60,167 bases of DNA from assembly GCA_027030065.1 (NCBI GenBank), contig JALVFK010000218.1:1-60167 (forward strand), written 5' to 3'. The DNA is from Desulfurococcales archaeon. GTDB taxonomy: Archaea; Thermoproteota; Thermoprotei_A; Sulfolobales; WANQ01. Below, one piece after another: positions 9,365 to 18,398 of this stretch. Numbering within the stretch: position 1 is the first letter of the stretch; every line of letters begins with the position of its first letter. The notes under the pieces were generated by a model. It saw only the letters and a list, made by a program, of their open reading frames with translations, made no database searches and was not told the origin of the DNA. Both the position numbers and the translations under genes were made by a program.

Positions 9365-10129
9365 CTAATCCCAGCCTATTTCTTCTAATACCTTCTTTAA
9401 TACCAGGCTTCTTTTTCCGCCGAATAACTCGTAGTAATCGTCTTCTGTATCTATCTCTGTCCAGTAGCATCCAGTTACATCAGCTACTTTAACTTTCTTC
9501 TCAGCCCCCAATGTTCGTATTATTGTACTCATAGATAATACTTCTTCTTTACTTGCTAGCTCCTCTATATAGCCTAGTACCTGTGGTCTTATTGCCATAA
9601 CACCTATGTCTATGTAGTTATAGTTTACTAGCTTCTTCCCTATATCAATTACTATATTATCATCTGCTAATATTTTAGTTGCTTCACTATGATCTATAAA
9701 TAATGCTCTAGAATCACCGCCTACTACGAATAATGCATCCTTACTAGTTTCTATAGTTGATAATATTTTTGAAACTATTCTCGTAGTATATAAGTGGTCT
9801 ACCATTGAGATTACTATTATATCGCTTTTACCGTATAATTGTCTTAATGCTAGGAGGAGGCTATAACCGTTTTCTCTCCAGAACCTACTATTCTCGATAA
9901 CCATCACATTGTATTTGCTGATATCCTGCAGTATTTGGATAGCTTCATTAATCCATCCTCCTGGAACAACGACTACAATATTGTTAATGCCTGCTTTTTC
10001 TAGTACTTTTATTGGATAAGCAAGTAGTGGTTTCATTTTAACTTGTACTAGAAACTTAGGCTTTCCTTGGCTTATTTTTTGTAGACGTTTGCCTTGTCCA
10101 GCAGCGAGTATTATGGCACTAATATCCAC
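9365..10129 (-). CDS. sugar-phosphate nucleotidyltransferase, probable inositol-1-phosphate cytidylyltransferase (IPCT)
   Basis: 254 aa. N-terminal AIILAAGQGKRL NTP-transferase motif. Adjacent to the CDP-alcohol transferase gene. Confidence 0.65.
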   Translation of the reverse strand: MDISAIILAAGQGKRLQKISQGKPKFLVQVKMKPLLAYPIKVLEKAGINNIVVVVPGGWINEAIQILQDISKYNVMVIENSRFWRENGYSLLLALRQLYGKSDIIVISMVDHLYTTRIVSKILSTIETSKDALFVVGGDSRALFIDHSEATKILADDNIVIDIGKKLVNYNYIDIGVMAIRPQVLGYIEELASKEEVLSMSTIIRTLGAEKKVKVADVTGCYWTEIDTEDDYYELFGGKRSLVLKKVLEEIGWD

Positions 10130-10227
10130 TATGATCGCCTCTCGTCTAGTGGTTAGAATCCTCTAACTTTATACAAGTGTTTATATAAATGTATTTAATT
10201 GAGGAAAAGATCGTATCTATGTAAACT

Positions 10228-12021
10228 TTAGTCTTCAAAATCCATAGCGTGATATATTTCTGGCGGGAGACCTGGTACGTCTCTATCTAACCAGTATTTG
10301 CTTTCCTCTATCTGTGCTTTTAGGAGCGCTTTGAATTCCTCCATAGATACATAGGTTGTTGGGTCTAGTTCTTTGAGTCTTTCCTGGCTTATTCCTGGTA
10401 CCTCCACTGGCACTAGTACCTTTTCACCCCAGACTGGATGAGGCTTGTACTTTACTGCCCCTCTAGCTGCTTGGAGTATGAAGAGTTCTGTTTCCTCTAT
10501 TGTTGGTCTTGTTCCTCCAACTGCTTTTGGTATTCCATTCTTTTCCACTAATATTGGTTCAGGAGCCATTATTGTTTTGTCTCCCAATTTCTTTTCAACC
10601 CACCTATACTTTGCTATTATCCTACCCGTAGTATTGAACTGATATACTTCTACGGGATCGCCTTTTTCTATTCTCTTCTTTAGGTACTCATAGAATCTTA
10701 CAACATGAGCAGTATTTGTCACCCCCATCGTAAAGGGTTTAGCATAACGGGCTACATATCTAACCTTTCCTACAACTTCTTTAGCTTGTGCGGGATGACC
10801 AATTGTTCTTCCATCAGCTAATACTTTTGCGGCTAGAGCTGGATCAACAATCTTCACCCAAGCATAATCGGTAAAGTACCCTGGTGATAGGAATATTGCT
10901 GTATTGAGTGGTCCACTAGAAGCAACATCGCCATCAAAGTAGCCAGTGTCTTCTAGGTAGAGTACGCTACGCGAATTACGATTAGGTCTGCCAAAGTATT
11001 GGAATAGTTCTCCCTTAAAGCTTGGATACCCGTTTTCATCGAACTCAGTGTTTTCGTGTAATGCTCTTGGACTTGTCGCTGCATTCCACATGGCTACTTG
11101 TTCTGGTGTTAGATCTTCTGTTTTAGTCCATGACCCCCTCTCGGATCCTATTACACGATCCTCGCACACCGCTACTATGTCATCATTCTTTATTACCTGG
11201 TCTTTCACGTAGTCTAAGGGATTGATACCGAATTGCTCAATGTATACTTTAGCGTTTTGAGGAGTCCACACGTATAACCCGTGAGTTGACTTACCTGTCC
11301 CAGTTAAACCCCATACAGACATTACTACACGTTTCCATTTTCCGTCAACTGTTTTAACAGAGAACTCTCTAAGAGAGGCATGTTCGCCCGTGCAGCCACG
11401 TTTGTAGACATGGAATATCCAGTGTGTTAGAACAGCTTTCTTAACCTCTCCCTGATATGATGATACTGTTATTATAGTAAAGTTGTGGTGGGGGAACCTC
11501 ATAACCATTAACATACGGTCTGTTCCAGGTATTTTCGGGTTACCGAGATAGTGGGGTATCACGAAGACCTCCACGTCTGGTTTCTCGTTGGGAGGTGCGG
11601 GGAAGACTAGTTGGCTCCAACGATATGCTATGTCAGGGAATTGTGGGTCAACATAAACTGCTGCGTGCATTTGTACTCTTGTACCTGGTTTGCCTACGTA
11701 ACCGTCAACTTTTATTAATGGACCTTGGGCAAGAATATGCTCCAATACTCTTAGCATGAGGAGTTTGTGCTCATACTTTAATTCATAATCTCTTTCTATA
11801 ACCACGGTATTAGCTGCAGACCTACTCCATATATTAGATGCCCAACCCCATGAACCATTCCTATATCTTGTACCATACATTTTAGCTCTTTCAAACAGAT
11901 CTGGAGGATTATCTCTTAGTGCTATCAGCCCCGCTTTCTTCTTAAGCTCTATTATTTTTCTAAAAGTCTCCTTGAACTTCTCTGGCGTTAATTCTTCAAG
12001 TGGAGGAATAATTCGAGGCAA
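10228..12021 (-). CDS. phosphoenolpyruvate carboxykinase (ATP)-like protein, divergent
   Basis: 597 aa. YQGEVKKAVL..GEHAS aligns with PckA YAGEMKKG..MHCSAN. Kinase-1a loop WGLTGTGKSTHGL aligns with GLSGTGKTTLS. A degenerate IKNDDIV stands in for LIGDDEH after an extra ~30-aa spacer. Confidence 0.6.
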   Translation of the reverse strand: MPRIIPPLEELTPEKFKETFRKIIELKKKAGLIALRDNPPDLFERAKMYGTRYRNGSWGWASNIWSRSAANTVVIERDYELKYEHKLLMLRVLEHILAQGPLIKVDGYVGKPGTRVQMHAAVYVDPQFPDIAYRWSQLVFPAPPNEKPDVEVFVIPHYLGNPKIPGTDRMLMVMRFPHHNFTIITVSSYQGEVKKAVLTHWIFHVYKRGCTGEHASLREFSVKTVDGKWKRVVMSVWGLTGTGKSTHGLYVWTPQNAKVYIEQFGINPLDYVKDQVIKNDDIVAVCEDRVIGSERGSWTKTEDLTPEQVAMWNAATSPRALHENTEFDENGYPSFKGELFQYFGRPNRNSRSVLYLEDTGYFDGDVASSGPLNTAIFLSPGYFTDYAWVKIVDPALAAKVLADGRTIGHPAQAKEVVGKVRYVARYAKPFTMGVTNTAHVVRFYEYLKKRIEKGDPVEVYQFNTTGRIIAKYRWVEKKLGDKTIMAPEPILVEKNGIPKAVGGTRPTIEETELFILQAARGAVKYKPHPVWGEKVLVPVEVPGISQERLKELDPTTYVSMEEFKALLKAQIEESKYWLDRDVPGLPPEIYHAMDFED

Positions 12022-12218
12022 AGGTTCACCCGTAGAAGAAAACTTTTCTGTGGAATTTAAACAATACTGTACTCTTTTGAACCATAAAATATAGTGATTA
12101 TATATAATATGTCAATAATAAGGTGAGATAGACTTAAATCAATGACATTGAGTGTTAAGAGAAGGATAAGATGTTAATAAAAAATATTAATTAAGTTATG
12201 TTATTAGTGTAAAAGGTG

Positions 12219-12722
12219 TTATTGTTTTTGTTTATCTTGCTTATAGTATTTTGCTGCCGCTTTTATTGCTTCAATTATCTGTTTGTAGCCTGTGCACCTA
12301 CATATCAGTCCACTTAATACTTCCTTGATTTCCTCTTCAGTTGCATCAGGCTTGTTTGTTAATAGCCAGTGGGCTGTTAGTATGAATCCTGGTGTACAGA
12401 ATCCACACTGGAATGCTCCGTGCTCTATGAAGGCCTTCTGTATTGGGGCTAGTGTTCCGAAAGGTGCTAGTCCTTCTAGCGTGATTATTTCTGCTCCATC
12501 GGCTTCAGCTGCTAGTACTAAACATGATTTTACTGGTTTGCCATTTAGTAAGACTGTACATACACCACATTCTCCTCTATAACATGTTCCTTTAACGCTC
12601 TTTATGTTTAACTTGTTTCTCAATACGAACAGCAGTGTTTCGTTTGGCTTTACTTCAACTTTGTATTCCTTACCGTTTACTTTTAATGTAATAGGTATGA
12701 GCTTCTCCGCCATGACCATCAC
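12219..12722 (-). CDS. Mo-hydroxylase small subunit, [2Fe-2S]-binding (CoxS/XdhC-iron-sulfur type)
   Basis: 167 aa. Plant-type cluster C-x4-C-x2-C (CYRGECGVCTV) and second cluster QCGFCTPG...CRCTGY. Confidence 0.93.
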   Translation of the reverse strand: MMVMAEKLIPITLKVNGKEYKVEVKPNETLLFVLRNKLNIKSVKGTCYRGECGVCTVLLNGKPVKSCLVLAAEADGAEIITLEGLAPFGTLAPIQKAFIEHGAFQCGFCTPGFILTAHWLLTNKPDATEEEIKEVLSGLICRCTGYKQIIEAIKAAAKYYKQDKQKQ

Positions 12723-13624
12723 CCTTCAAGTAGTGTTTTTAATAGATATCTTGTTCCAAATTCCACCATGTGTTCTCTGAGTTCCTTTGTTGCTCTCACA
12801 TCAGTTATCGGTGAGACCTTAGACATCACAAGCTTAACTGCTTCTTCCGCTAGCTCACTTAATGGTTTATCTTGTTTGAACAGTTCCTCTACCTCCTCGA
12901 CTATTACAGGTGTTGGCGCGACAGATGATAATGCTATTCTAACAATACGTTTTGCTGGATCCTTAGGATTCGCAACTAATGCTGCAATACCTACTAGTGC
13001 AAGATCCTCAGCACTGCGTACGAATTTTAGGTATCTACCCTTTGCTCCCTCGGGTGGCTCTGGTATGAATATTGAGGTAACCATTTCGTTTGGCTCAAGT
13101 ATGGTTTTCTTAACCCATTTGAAGAAGTCCTTTATCTCAACTGTTCTCGTTCCATTCACGCTCGCAATATTCACTTTCGCCTTCAATACTAGTAGAGCTG
13201 GCGCACTATCAGCTGCTGGCGAAGCGTTACATATGTTTCCTACAAGAGTTGCCTTCATTCTCAAGTGTGTGTCGGCTAGCTGTCTTATTGCATCCCATAG
13301 TACATAATATTTTTCTTTTACTATCTTATTGTTTAACAGTTCATCTAATGTGACGGTTGCACCAATAGTTAAACCTTTACCTTCCTCGTATTTTAACGTG
13401 TGAAGCTCATCTATGCCCTTTATATCAATCACATATTTTGGCTGCTTAATCCTCATCCTCATGTCTACTAGCAAGTCTGTTCCGCCTGCTAGTATCCTAG
13501 CATCTCCCTTGTACTTGTCTAGTAGTTCCAGTGCTTCTTGAAGAGTCTTTGGTCTAAAGTATTCAAATTCGGGAAGTAGTGTATGGAATACTAGTACAGA
13601 CTTAGATGCCGCCATGATTCTCAC
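12719..13624 (-). CDS. Mo-hydroxylase medium subunit, FAD-binding (CoxM type)
   Basis: 301 aa. ILAGGTDLLVDM FAD-binding motif. 4-nt overlaps with both neighbouring subunit genes. Confidence 0.9.
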   Translation of the reverse strand: MRIMAASKSVLVFHTLLPEFEYFRPKTLQEALELLDKYKGDARILAGGTDLLVDMRMRIKQPKYVIDIKGIDELHTLKYEEGKGLTIGATVTLDELLNNKIVKEKYYVLWDAIRQLADTHLRMKATLVGNICNASPAADSAPALLVLKAKVNIASVNGTRTVEIKDFFKWVKKTILEPNEMVTSIFIPEPPEGAKGRYLKFVRSAEDLALVGIAALVANPKDPAKRIVRIALSSVAPTPVIVEEVEELFKQDKPLSELAEEAVKLVMSKVSPITDVRATKELREHMVEFGTRYLLKTLLEG

Positions 13625-15990
13625 CCTTTAACTTTTAATGCTTCTCTAACTTTTTCTAATAGCTCAGGTCTCTGCTTCTTTACCTCCTCAATTATCTTGT
13701 CCGGTTTCATTGGTAGTTCGTAGAGTTCTACTCCTATTGCATTCGCTATAGCATTTGCTATGGCTGCAGGCCATGGAAGCATTGTTAGCTCACCTACACC
13801 CTTAGCACCATAAGGTGCGTCCTTCTGGCCTACTCCGAGACACTTGAATATCATTTCCTCTGGTATGTCTGCAGCTCTTGCAAGCTTATAGTCTGTGAAG
13901 TTGGGGTTCATTAATCTACCATTCTTGTCGAATTTGAGTTCCTCGAGCAAGCCTATGTTGATGCCCATAACTGTTCCACCGTATACTTGTCCTGCAACAA
14001 GCAGTGGATTAATTGCTGGCGTGTCTAGAACCATTACTGCTTTGAGAACCTTTACACGCCCGGTGATTAAGTCTACCTCTACTTCAACAGCACCTGCACC
14101 AAATGTGTAGAATGGTGCTGGTACGCTCTTTCCAGTCTCTGGGTCTGGTATAGATGTTCTAACTGGTACGTGGCTACCACGACCAATTAGTGGACCGCCA
14201 ATAGTGTTTCCATTAGGATACATATAGCCCAGAGCCATTTCCGCTAATGATATACACTCCCATGGTTCACCTACTACACATGCCTTACCATCTCTAATCT
14301 CTATTTGATCCTCAAATACTCTGAATACCTGGGCCGCTACTTTCTTTATCTGACTCTTCAAGTCCTCTAAAGCCCTAATTAATGCTTGACCTTCGCTAAA
14401 GAGTCCTCTACTACCAACAGTTTGCCACGTATATGGCACCATGTCGGTTCTTCTCTCCGGAGATATCCTTATTTTCTCTACTGGTATACCTAGTTCCTCC
14501 GCAACTATTTGCGCAAGAGACGTTATAGTGCCTTGACCCATTTCGCCTGTTCCTACTAAAACATCAACGGAGCCATCATCGTTTAACTTTACAATTGCAG
14601 ATGATGCCGCATTAGAGGGCTGTACCGGACCTTTCCAGAAAGCCGCAATACCCTTCCCACGGAACTTCCAAGGCTCCTTGGGTTGCTCGGGAGGCTTACC
14701 CCACTCTATGAGTTTCGCGGCCTCCTTAATTGCACCTGCAGGATCGCCAGCGTCTTCTCTTAATCTTTCTTGTGTATGTGTTATTGATTTTCCAGGTATA
14801 AGTACGTTCTTTAATCTGAATTCTACTGGATCCATTCCTAACTTTTTAGCTAACAGATCCATTTGTCTTTCTGATGCAAAGTAGAGCTCCATTAATCCAA
14901 AGCCACGGAAGGCCGTAGTTGGTATCTTATTTGTATAAACGGCGTATGCATCGGTGTGTACGTGTTCTATTTCATAGGGGCCGAAGGGCTTTAGTCCTAC
15001 AGATCTCGCCACATTTACTGTATAATCAGCGTATGCTCCTGCATCCAGTATGTATTCTCCCCAATGAGCAATTAGTTTGCCGTCTTTTGTCGCACCAGTC
15101 TTCATCTTAAAGTAATAGCCTGCTCTTTGCGCCATGTAGAAGTAGTTTTCTTCACGGTTTAGTTCTAGTCTTACTGGTCTGCCTCCGAGCTTCATTGAGA
15201 AGAGTACTGGTATGTGCTCTAATAGTAAGCCAGCCTTACCTCCGAAACCACCACCAATGTACATATGATGAACTACTACTTTATGTATTGGTAATCCTAG
15301 AGATGTTGCCAGCAAGTTTCTTACAGCAAAAGGTGATTGGTGGCTTGACCATATCTCTACTGTTCCATCGCTTTTCACTCTTGCTACTCCAACCCAGTTT
15401 TCAAGATATCCTTGGCTTATTAATGGTTCATAATAAGTATTCTCTACCACTACATCTGCCTTAGAAAATCCTTCCTCTATATTACCCTTTCTAAGCTTTA
15501 AATGAGTAGCTATATTTGTTCCAGGCTTCGGGTATATGAATGGTGCATGTTTATACTCATGTAGTTTCTCGTGAACTAGAGGTGCGTCTGGTTTCAAGGC
15601 TTCTAGTGCATCAAGAACTGGTGGTAGCGGCTCATATTCAACCTCGATTAGCTCTGCTGCTTTTTCTGCTGCTTCAAGGGTTTCTGCTACTACAGCTGCA
15701 ACAGGGTGGCCATAATATAGTACTTTCTCTCGGGCTAAGACATCTCTATCTGCAGCATATATACCTACTTTGAATGGAAAGTCTGCACCAGTAAATACTG
15801 CTAGAACTCCTGGTACTTTTAATGCCTCATCGTATTTTATTTTAAGTATTTTTGCATGCGCATAGGGTGCTGCAACAAGTTTTGCGTAGACCATTCCAGG
15901 TAGTGTGAAATCATATGGGTATTCAGCATCGCCAGCAACTTTATCTATGTCTATTCTAGGAATAGGTTTACCTACATATTTTGTACCCAT
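13621..15990 (-). CDS. Mo-hydroxylase large subunit, molybdopterin-binding (xanthine dehydrogenase/aldehyde oxidase family)
   Basis: 789 aa. IGGGFGGK motif and a/b-hammerhead N-domain. Lacks the VAYRCSFR CO-dehydrogenase signature. Confidence 0.93.
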   Translation of the reverse strand: MGTKYVGKPIPRIDIDKVAGDAEYPYDFTLPGMVYAKLVAAPYAHAKILKIKYDEALKVPGVLAVFTGADFPFKVGIYAADRDVLAREKVLYYGHPVAAVVAETLEAAEKAAELIEVEYEPLPPVLDALEALKPDAPLVHEKLHEYKHAPFIYPKPGTNIATHLKLRKGNIEEGFSKADVVVENTYYEPLISQGYLENWVGVARVKSDGTVEIWSSHQSPFAVRNLLATSLGLPIHKVVVHHMYIGGGFGGKAGLLLEHIPVLFSMKLGGRPVRLELNREENYFYMAQRAGYYFKMKTGATKDGKLIAHWGEYILDAGAYADYTVNVARSVGLKPFGPYEIEHVHTDAYAVYTNKIPTTAFRGFGLMELYFASERQMDLLAKKLGMDPVEFRLKNVLIPGKSITHTQERLREDAGDPAGAIKEAAKLIEWGKPPEQPKEPWKFRGKGIAAFWKGPVQPSNAASSAIVKLNDDGSVDVLVGTGEMGQGTITSLAQIVAEELGIPVEKIRISPERRTDMVPYTWQTVGSRGLFSEGQALIRALEDLKSQIKKVAAQVFRVFEDQIEIRDGKACVVGEPWECISLAEMALGYMYPNGNTIGGPLIGRGSHVPVRTSIPDPETGKSVPAPFYTFGAGAVEVEVDLITGRVKVLKAVMVLDTPAINPLLVAGQVYGGTVMGINIGLLEELKFDKNGRLMNPNFTDYKLARAADIPEEMIFKCLGVGQKDAPYGAKGVGELTMLPWPAAIANAIANAIGVELYELPMKPDKIIEEVKKQRPELLEKVREALKVKG

Positions 15991-16102
15991 TTATCTCCCC
16001 AAAATAAAGTCACTCGTGAACAAGTGAATTATTATTGGGGGAGGCTATTTAAGTATAACGATAATGTATTAATAGCGAAATACTTATTTTCAGTGTTAAA
16101 GA

Positions 16103-16411
16103 TTAGCCCCCACCGAACCATTCCATTACTTCGATATTATCAACACTAACTTCTCTAACATTAGATAAGGGTGCATCTAGTCCTCCACGTAATTTTATAC
16201 TGAAACCATCTATCAGTATAACAAGTCTTGACCTAGGCTGTAACAAGTCTTCGGGTTTTTCTATCTCGAATTCTTTTCTTGCTTTATCGCCTAGCTGTTT
16301 CAGCAACTCTTCTAAGAGATCTCTAACTGTCTTCACTTCCTTATCTATAATTATTTCTTCCTTACCTACAAGATCCTTTAGTCTTCCATGGAGGCGTACT
16401 CTTATCGGCAT
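16103..16411 (-). CDS. MoaD/ThiS-family ubiquitin-like beta-grasp protein ending in GGG
   Basis: 102 aa. MPIRVRLHGRLKDLVG... with a C-terminus ...IEVMEWFGGG immediately before the stop. Confidence 0.6.
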   Translation of the reverse strand: MPIRVRLHGRLKDLVGKEEIIIDKEVKTVRDLLEELLKQLGDKARKEFEIEKPEDLLQPRSRLVILIDGFSIKLRGGLDAPLSNVREVSVDNIEVMEWFGGG

Positions 16412-16481
16412 TATAGTTCACAATAATAGTGTTATTGGAAGTGAGGTTAAAAATATATTGTGGGTTAAAAAGATTTTTTCT

Positions 16482-16655
16482 TTACAATATCTTATCCAAT
16501 ATGTCTTGGAGATCCTTTTCTATCTTTGGCGGAGGTTGCCACACTACGTGTACTGCTTTAACATTCTGGTCTTTAAGCGATTTATAGAAGAACTCTAGTC
16601 CTATGTTTATTACCTTTAGTTCGGATTTGAATAATTTGAGTATTTTTTCAACCAT
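16482..16655 (-). CDS. stand-alone FdrA/AllF C-terminal segment
   Basis: 57 aa from ATG 16655 (GTG 16664 also in frame). VINIGLEFFYKSLKDQNVKAVHVVWQPP matches the C-terminal tail of E. coli FdrA as I recall it (VINIGLRSFALELQS..KPVVHYQWSP). GGTGA lies 5 nt upstream. Confidence 0.6.
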   Translation of the reverse strand: MVEKILKLFKSELKVINIGLEFFYKSLKDQNVKAVHVVWQPPPKIEKDLQDILDKIL

Positions 16656-16660
16656 TTCTC

Positions 16661-16665
16661 TCACC
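16661..16665 (-). promoter_or_regulatory. Shine-Dalgarno GGTGA for the small FdrA-tail ORF
   Basis: Minus strand reads TAA CCA AGA AAA TAG GTG AGA GAA ATG. GGTGA is 5 nt before ATG 16655. Confidence 0.5.
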
Positions 16666-16676
16666 TATTTTCTTGG

Positions 16677-18299
16677 TTAATATTTTCCTACAAGGAATTC
16701 GTTGTAGAACTTGTCTATTTTTGCTTCATCTATTTTCTTCTCAGCTATTAGTGCTGCTGTTAAAGCCATTAATGCATTCGTTGGTAAGACTATTACACCT
16801 GCGCTCCTTAGTATTTCTTCTTGTTTTTTCGCGTTTTGGGGGTCTTTTTCTGTTCCAGTTATGTGTGCTAGTATTGTTAGATGTCTCCCATCTTCTTCGG
16901 CTATCTTCTTTGCCTTCTTTATTGCGTCTAGATGTGCTGTTGCGGGATCTGGGTGACTTCCATATCCTATTACGAAATCCAGTAGTATTACTGCTACTTC
17001 AGGGTCTTTTGCTTCATCTACTAGCCTTAGTAGGCGTATTGTTGGGTCAATCATTGGATGTGCCCTACCAGCAGTGAACTCTTCTTCTCCTAGATCTATT
17101 ACTGTGTGCTTTATGCTCTTGTGTACGTCGGGTAACTGGTATTCTGGATTCAATGGTGTGTTTGAATAAACGTCTCCAATGAGTTCTTTGAATATCACTT
17201 GTGTTTCGAAGGTGAGTGTTCCTCCAGTAAACAAGCCTCTTATGTATTTCTGCCTCTCGCCGAGTTTTGCGATTTCTGCTTCTGCTATCTTTATTATCTC
17301 TTCCTTTGGTAAGAACAACTTCTTCTTGGCTTCCTCATAGAGTTTTTCGTCAACTAGCTTTACTGCTTCAAGAGCTGCAGCATGTAGTGTTTTTGTCTGT
17401 ACTAGTCTACCCTTGAGTTTTTCTGGGATTTCAAAGGTCTTACCGCCAATAAAGCATGTAACATATTTCTTCTTAGTATTCTCTACTATATAGTTGATTA
17501 TTTTGTCTTGTACGTCGGGTGAGGGTGGTTTTGATACTATTGCTATTACCTTTGTCTCGGGGTCTGCTTCAAAAGCTTTGATTGATAGTAGAGTCATTAA
17601 TCCACCAACGGGTGATTTGACATCTCTACCTCCAACACCAATACCTTGTGTGATACCCGAGCCAGCCTGGCTTACGAGTACAGTGAATTCTTGAAGTCCT
17701 GTGCCAGCCGCTGCTACAACTCCTATTGGTCCACGGTTTACAACATTAGCGAAGCCTAGTGCAACTCCATTTATTATCGCTGTACCAGCTTCAGGACCCA
17801 TTACTAGTAGTCCTTTCTCATACGCTATTTTCTTTAACTCTATTTCATGTTCTAGTGGTACGTGGTCGCTGAATAAGTGGACATGTATGTCTCTTTCTAG
17901 TAGTTTTAGTACAACGTCTCTAGCATATTGTCCCGGTATTGACACAACTGCTATATTAGCATCCTTTAATGCCTCTAAGGCTGATTCTAGACTATAATAG
18001 TAGGTTTCTGCAGCGGTTTCTCCCGGTGCTGTGAGTAGTTTTTCAACCTTCTCTAATATTTCATCAATATTTGCTGAATCTTCAACCTTTAATGCTATGA
18101 TCATATCGTTATCTGTTGCTGCTCTTCCCTCGTCAGTCAGTAGTCCTTGTTTCTCTAATAGTTCTTTGTTGAGATCCGTTCCCATTACGATGGCAGCATC
18201 AAGCACTCCTTCTATCTTCTTTGCCTCTTCACTTAGGTGTAGGAGTTGTACTGAGTCTCTGTAAAAGTTCTTTTTAACGAAGTTTTTTACAATAACCAA
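16677..18299 (-). CDS. fdrA: FdrA/AllF-like protein (succinyl-CoA-synthetase-alpha-like; oxamate carbamoyltransferase subunit family)
   Basis: 540 aa, collinear with E. coli FdrA from memory. Matching blocks: FYRDSVQLL, VSIPGQYA, LLVMGPEAGTAII, GTGLQE, GGRD, VSKPP, RAHPMIDP and TGTEKDPQ. Confidence 0.85.
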   Translation of the reverse strand: MVIVKNFVKKNFYRDSVQLLHLSEEAKKIEGVLDAAIVMGTDLNKELLEKQGLLTDEGRAATDNDMIIALKVEDSANIDEILEKVEKLLTAPGETAAETYYYSLESALEALKDANIAVVSIPGQYARDVVLKLLERDIHVHLFSDHVPLEHEIELKKIAYEKGLLVMGPEAGTAIINGVALGFANVVNRGPIGVVAAAGTGLQEFTVLVSQAGSGITQGIGVGGRDVKSPVGGLMTLLSIKAFEADPETKVIAIVSKPPSPDVQDKIINYIVENTKKKYVTCFIGGKTFEIPEKLKGRLVQTKTLHAAALEAVKLVDEKLYEEAKKKLFLPKEEIIKIAEAEIAKLGERQKYIRGLFTGGTLTFETQVIFKELIGDVYSNTPLNPEYQLPDVHKSIKHTVIDLGEEEFTAGRAHPMIDPTIRLLRLVDEAKDPEVAVILLDFVIGYGSHPDPATAHLDAIKKAKKIAEEDGRHLTILAHITGTEKDPQNAKKQEEILRSAGVIVLPTNALMALTAALIAEKKIDEAKIDKFYNEFLVGKY

Positions 18300-18398
18300 C
18301 TAGTTATCACCTAGGATCTTACAGCTTAAGCATAAGGGGGGTAGAGAGTAAAAAAGATGTCTTAGAAAGACTGTTTGTTTTTACTATAATTTATTTGA

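Noticed and set aside
12768-13307. Long antisense ORFs inside strongly recognisable genes. Examples: 12768-13307, 16673-17077 (Leu-rich), 16711-16956, 20639-21160, 22420-22866, 23002-23484, 34120-34521, 38537-39082, 53353-53757, 55194-55541.
   Set aside because: Each lies entirely opposite a gene with clear family motifs. Their products are low-complexity (Ser/Leu/Pro/Thr-rich) shadow translations with no motifs, typical of antisense frames.
13621-15990. Calling the large Mo subunit a CO dehydrogenase (CoxL).
   Set aside because: The form-I CODH active-site loop VAYRCSFR is not present. The context (permease, AllFGH-like genes, XdhC/MocA) fits a hydroxylase of heterocycles or aldehydes better, so only the family-level call is kept.
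16665-16679. Possible stop-codon readthrough joining FdrA to the downstream 57-aa ORF (same frame).
   Set aside because: Two in-frame stops (TAA and TAG) separate them, and a well-spaced GGTGA plus ATG gives an independent initiation site. A separate gene is the simpler reading.
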